From: Christensenella sp.
GTDB lineage: Bacteria; Bacillota; Clostridia; Christensenellales; UBA3700
Assembly: GCA_022784465.1 (NCBI GenBank)
Contig: JALFUR010000011.1
Coordinates: forward strand, 27,230-91,229
Direction of reading: 5' to 3'
DNA: 64,000 nucleotides
Below, piece by piece: positions 60,787-64,000 of the stretch (its first letter is position 1; each line of letters starts with the position of its first letter). The notes under the pieces were generated by a model that was given only the letters and a program-made list of their open reading frames with translations, did not search any database and was not told the DNA's origin. The position numbers and the translations under genes were made by a program.

Positions 60787-62151
60787 ATGATAGAAGTTGT
60801 AGGATTAGGTAACAATAAAAACGAGATAACACTAAAAGGCGTAGACGCTATAAAAAATGCGGAATTAGTATTTTTAAAGACAGCTTTAACAGAAACAGTT
60901 GAATATTTTAGAGAAAATAATATTGCTTACACAAGTTTTGATAATATTTATGAAAGTTCAGAGTCTTTTGATGAATTAGATAATACTATTGTAGACGTTT
61001 TATTAAAAAACAAAAGAAAAAAGGTTGTTTTTTGTGTTAATGGAAGCGGCTTTGAAGATAGAGCAGTATGTATTTTAGCTAATAAAATAAAAATCAATAT
61101 AATCCCATCTTCTTCACTTGCTTCTATGCATAAAAAACCTAGTACTTCTTTTATTCAAATGAGCGCATACGATGTTATTTCTAATAATGGATTTAATTAC
61201 GACACAAGATTACCTTTAACAATTGTGGATGTAGATAACAAATATATAGCATCTGAATTAAAATTGGTTTTATCCAATATATTAGGAGATGACCAGGAAA
61301 TATATTTTAATTCAAAATTAATTAAAGTTTACGAATTAGATAGACAAAGAGTGTATAACTATAAATCGCAAATAAATATTGATCCAATAAACACTTTAGA
61401 GAAAAAAAGATTTAACTTTATAGACCTATACTTGATTATGAAAAGATTAAGAGCAAAAGATGGATGCCCTTGGGACAGAGTTCAAACACATAAATCAATC
61501 AGAGAAAACTTAATAGAAGAAGCATATGAACTAGTTGATGCTATCGACAAAGAAGATATAGAAAATATGATTGAGGAAACAGGGGATATGTTTATGCAAT
61601 GTATTTTCCATTGTGTAATTGGTGAGGATTCAGAAGAATATAACTATGAAGATGCAATCTCAAGGCTTTGTCAAAAACTAATTTTTAGACACCCTCATGT
61701 TTTTGGAGAGGATAAAGCGCTTTCAACAGAAGCTGCTCTTTCTTCCTGGGATAGCGCAAAGGCAAAAGAAAAGAATTATACAGATATTCAATCTAAAATA
61801 GATAAAATTCCTGAGGCTTTTCCTTCGCTTTTAAAAACAAAAAAGGTCCTATCTATATCAAAGAAAGAGAATATGCTATATAGAACCCAAGAAGAAATAA
61901 TAAATGACATAGAGAATATCATTAAAAATATAGATAATCAAGAAGATAAAGAAATTCAATTTGGAAAACTTTTATTTAATATTGTGCAATTATCTATGCT
62001 ACAAAAAATAGATCCTGAAATTGCTTTGAACGAAATAGTAAATAAATATATTGTCAAATTATATAAAATAAAAGCAAAACTTGAAAAAGAAAAACAAATA
62101 GATAAAGAAAAATTGAAAAAACTATGGGAGGAATTATCTAGTGAATATTAA
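60787..62151 (+). CDS. yabN: YabN (tetrapyrrole methylase-like plus MazG)
   Basis: VVGLG N-terminus; GCPWDRVQTH, EEAYE, EETGD, RHPHVFG. Confidence 0.88.
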   Translation: MIEVVGLGNNKNEITLKGVDAIKNAELVFLKTALTETVEYFRENNIAYTSFDNIYESSESFDELDNTIVDVLLKNKRKKVVFCVNGSGFEDRAVCILANKIKINIIPSSSLASMHKKPSTSFIQMSAYDVISNNGFNYDTRLPLTIVDVDNKYIASELKLVLSNILGDDQEIYFNSKLIKVYELDRQRVYNYKSQINIDPINTLEKKRFNFIDLYLIMKRLRAKDGCPWDRVQTHKSIRENLIEEAYELVDAIDKEDIENMIEETGDMFMQCIFHCVIGEDSEEYNYEDAISRLCQKLIFRHPHVFGEDKALSTEAALSSWDSAKAKEKNYTDIQSKIDKIPEAFPSLLKTKKVLSISKKENMLYRTQEEIINDIENIIKNIDNQEDKEIQFGKLLFNIVQLSMLQKIDPEIALNEIVNKYIVKLYKIKAKLEKEKQIDKEKLKKLWEELSSEY

Positions 62152-63064
62152 AAATATTAATATTTCAAAAGGCGCGCTTTTAGCTCCAATTGCCGGATAT
62201 TCAGATGTTGGATTTCGAGCAATTTGTGCAGAGATGGGAGCCTCTATTACATATACTGAAATGGCTTCGGCAAAGGGAATGTATTATGAGCACGCAGATA
62301 AAACCGAGCAGTTATTATTTACTACACCATCAGAGAAGATAAAAGCAGCACAAATATTTGGCGGAGAACCATTTTTTATTGCAAAGGCAGTAGAAAACAA
62401 GTGTTTAGAAAAGTTTGATATAATCGATATCAATATGGGATGCCCAGTGCCTAAAATTGTAAAAAACAAAGAAGGTAGCGCTTTAATGCTAGATATTCCA
62501 AGAGCGCAAGAGGTTGTTAGGGCTGCAAAAAGTGCTACAGATAAGCCAATAACTATTAAAATGAGATTAGGCTTTGATAATATAATTGCTGCAGATTTTG
62601 CAAAGGCCATGGAAGATGCAGGGGCAGACGCTATAACAGTTCATGGAAGAACAAGAAAAGAAATGTATTCTGGTCACGCTCACTGGGACGAGATTGCAAA
62701 AGTGGTTCAAGCTGTATCTATTCCTGTTATAGCAAATGGAGATGTTTTGTCTAAGGAAGATTATGACCAAATATTGCTTCAAACAGGTGCAGCTGAGGTA
62801 ATGATTGCTCGTGGAGCGCTAGGTAACCCTAATATTTTTGCAGATATAGTAAACAAACCTCATGTAGATAAAAAAGAATTAATAATAAGACATTTAGATA
62901 CACTTTTAGAGTTTCATAATGAAAAATATGTTTTAGTTAATTTTAGAAAACATTTGGTATGCTATGCAAAGGGAGTAATTGGCGGTAAAGAATTAAAAAA
63001 GAAAGCTTTTGAGGCTTTATCAATAAACGAATTAAAAACTATTATACAGGAAAGTAATTTATGA
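62141..63064 (+). CDS. dusB: tRNA dihydrouridine synthase
   Basis: LAPIAG, QIFG, DINMGCPV, HGRT, ANGD, MIARG. Confidence 0.92.
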   Translation: MNIKNINISKGALLAPIAGYSDVGFRAICAEMGASITYTEMASAKGMYYEHADKTEQLLFTTPSEKIKAAQIFGGEPFFIAKAVENKCLEKFDIIDINMGCPVPKIVKNKEGSALMLDIPRAQEVVRAAKSATDKPITIKMRLGFDNIIAADFAKAMEDAGADAITVHGRTRKEMYSGHAHWDEIAKVVQAVSIPVIANGDVLSKEDYDQILLQTGAAEVMIARGALGNPNIFADIVNKPHVDKKELIIRHLDTLLEFHNEKYVLVNFRKHLVCYAKGVIGGKELKKKAFEALSINELKTIIQESNL

Positions 63065-63609
63065 TAAACATTATTTTAGTAAATCCAGATATACCAAACA
63101 ATACGGGAAATATAATTAGAACATGTGCAGTTTCTGGTGCAAAATTACATGTAATTGAGCCTTGCGGTTTTAGCTGGGACGATAAATATTTAAAAAGAAG
63201 CGGACTAGATTATTGGGAATTTGCCGTGTGCACTAGATATTCAAGTATGGAAGACTTTTTAACAAAAGTTTTTAAAGAAAATGCAGTAATTACAGAAAAT
63301 ACAGCAGATTCTATTAGATTAACTAAAGAAAAATCAAAGGCACAATTTGTTTTTGCTTCATCAAAAGCTAAGCATAATCATGTAGAAATAACATATCAAG
63401 AAGATACTTACATATTCTTTGGATGCGAAACAAAAGGATTAGACGAAGAAATATTATTTAAAAACTATTCTGATTGCGCAAGAATTCCAATGCAAAAAGA
63501 TAGAAGATGTTTAAACTTGGCTAATAGCGTTTGCGTGTTTATATACGAAGCTTTAAGACAAAGAAATTTTGAAGGGCTAGAACAAGAAGGATTTTTAACA
63601 AAATATTAG
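63061..63609 (+). CDS. trmL: tRNA (cytidine/uridine-34-2'-O) methyltransferase
   Basis: PDIPNNTGNIIRTC, RSGLDYW, FGCETKGL, RIPM, LNLANS. Confidence 0.93.
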   Translation: MINIILVNPDIPNNTGNIIRTCAVSGAKLHVIEPCGFSWDDKYLKRSGLDYWEFAVCTRYSSMEDFLTKVFKENAVITENTADSIRLTKEKSKAQFVFASSKAKHNHVEITYQEDTYIFFGCETKGLDEEILFKNYSDCARIPMQKDRRCLNLANSVCVFIYEALRQRNFEGLEQEGFLTKY

Positions 63610-63688
63610 TTATATATATTTTCTTTTATAGTTTGAAATTGACAAAAGAAGACATAATATAATTTCTCAAAATATATATTATGAGCCT

Positions 63689-64000
63689 ATGGCTGTTATA
63701 AAAAGACAAGATATAATTAAATATGCAGTTATATCCCTAATGTTTGTTTTAACTTCATTAGCAAAGATAGACAATCGTATGTTGCCGCTATCTTTAAGCG
63801 TATATGCTGCTTTAACTTATTGCGGATTAAATATCGCTATAATTTCTCCTCTCTATATATTCTCTTGTCTTTTTAATGGCCTCACATTAACTAGTTTAAT
63901 ATATGCAATAACACCTGTTGTTATTTGCGTTCTTTCCAAATTAATTCATAAAAGAATAAAAAAAGATTTTTATATTCTAGAAATTTTAATTTATGTTTTT
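63689..64000 (+). CDS. Polytopic membrane protein, possibly SpoIIE N-terminus (3' truncated)
   Basis: Frame open from ATG 63689 to the window end, hydrophobic; the yab cluster is often followed by spoIIE. Confidence 0.45.
   Translation, partial: MAVIKRQDIIKYAVISLMFVLTSLAKIDNRMLPLSLSVYAALTYCGLNIAIISPLYIFSCLFNGLTLTSLIYAITPVVICVLSKLIHKRIKKDFYILEILIYVF

Noticed and set aside
1859-62782. Numerous antisense or alternative-frame ORFs in the track (e.g. 2056-2433, 32590-32967, 59934-60233)
   Set aside because: Shadow ORFs fully inside well-supported genes, with no motifs or SD

Overview
Low-GC Firmicutes (Clostridia-like) chromosomal window containing the replication origin. No rRNA, tRNA or CRISPR array was seen. 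1-11.5 kb holds housekeeping genes (ilvC, ilvD, csoR-copA, an Ig-like lipoprotein, GH30). 11.5-20.5 kb is a mosaic accessory/defence island. It has an AbiEi/AbiEii toxin-antitoxin (TA) cassette between 87-bp direct repeats, an AAA-DUF4143-like ATPase and a HipB-HipA-DUF6933-like operon. It also has two decayed XRE-repressor modules, each joined to a toxin-like C-terminal fragment plus an intact immunity-like gene, and a 147-bp MITE. 20.7-42.8 kb holds metabolic operons (purine salvage, ABC exporter, cysK, metF/metH, aminotransferase-iorAB-paaK). An intact IS30-family element with nested inverted repeats and no target duplication (42.9-44.6 kb) separates this from a strongly scrambled, AT-rich origin region: recF< dnaA> oriC dnaN> rsmG< mnmG< mnmE> parB> jag< yidC< yidD< rnpA< rpmH<. 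Several of these genes appear to be leaderless, and about 42 kb of genes point head-on at oriC. Right of it lie parS-like sites, a candidate sRNA, an unannotated 20-aa peptide gene divergent from an AraC regulator, and yabM/yabN/dusB/trmL. The best novelty candidates are the AraC-peptide module, the repeated repressor-to-toxin-tail/immunity fusions, and the rearranged origin. Family assignments come from motifs and recall, not database searches.
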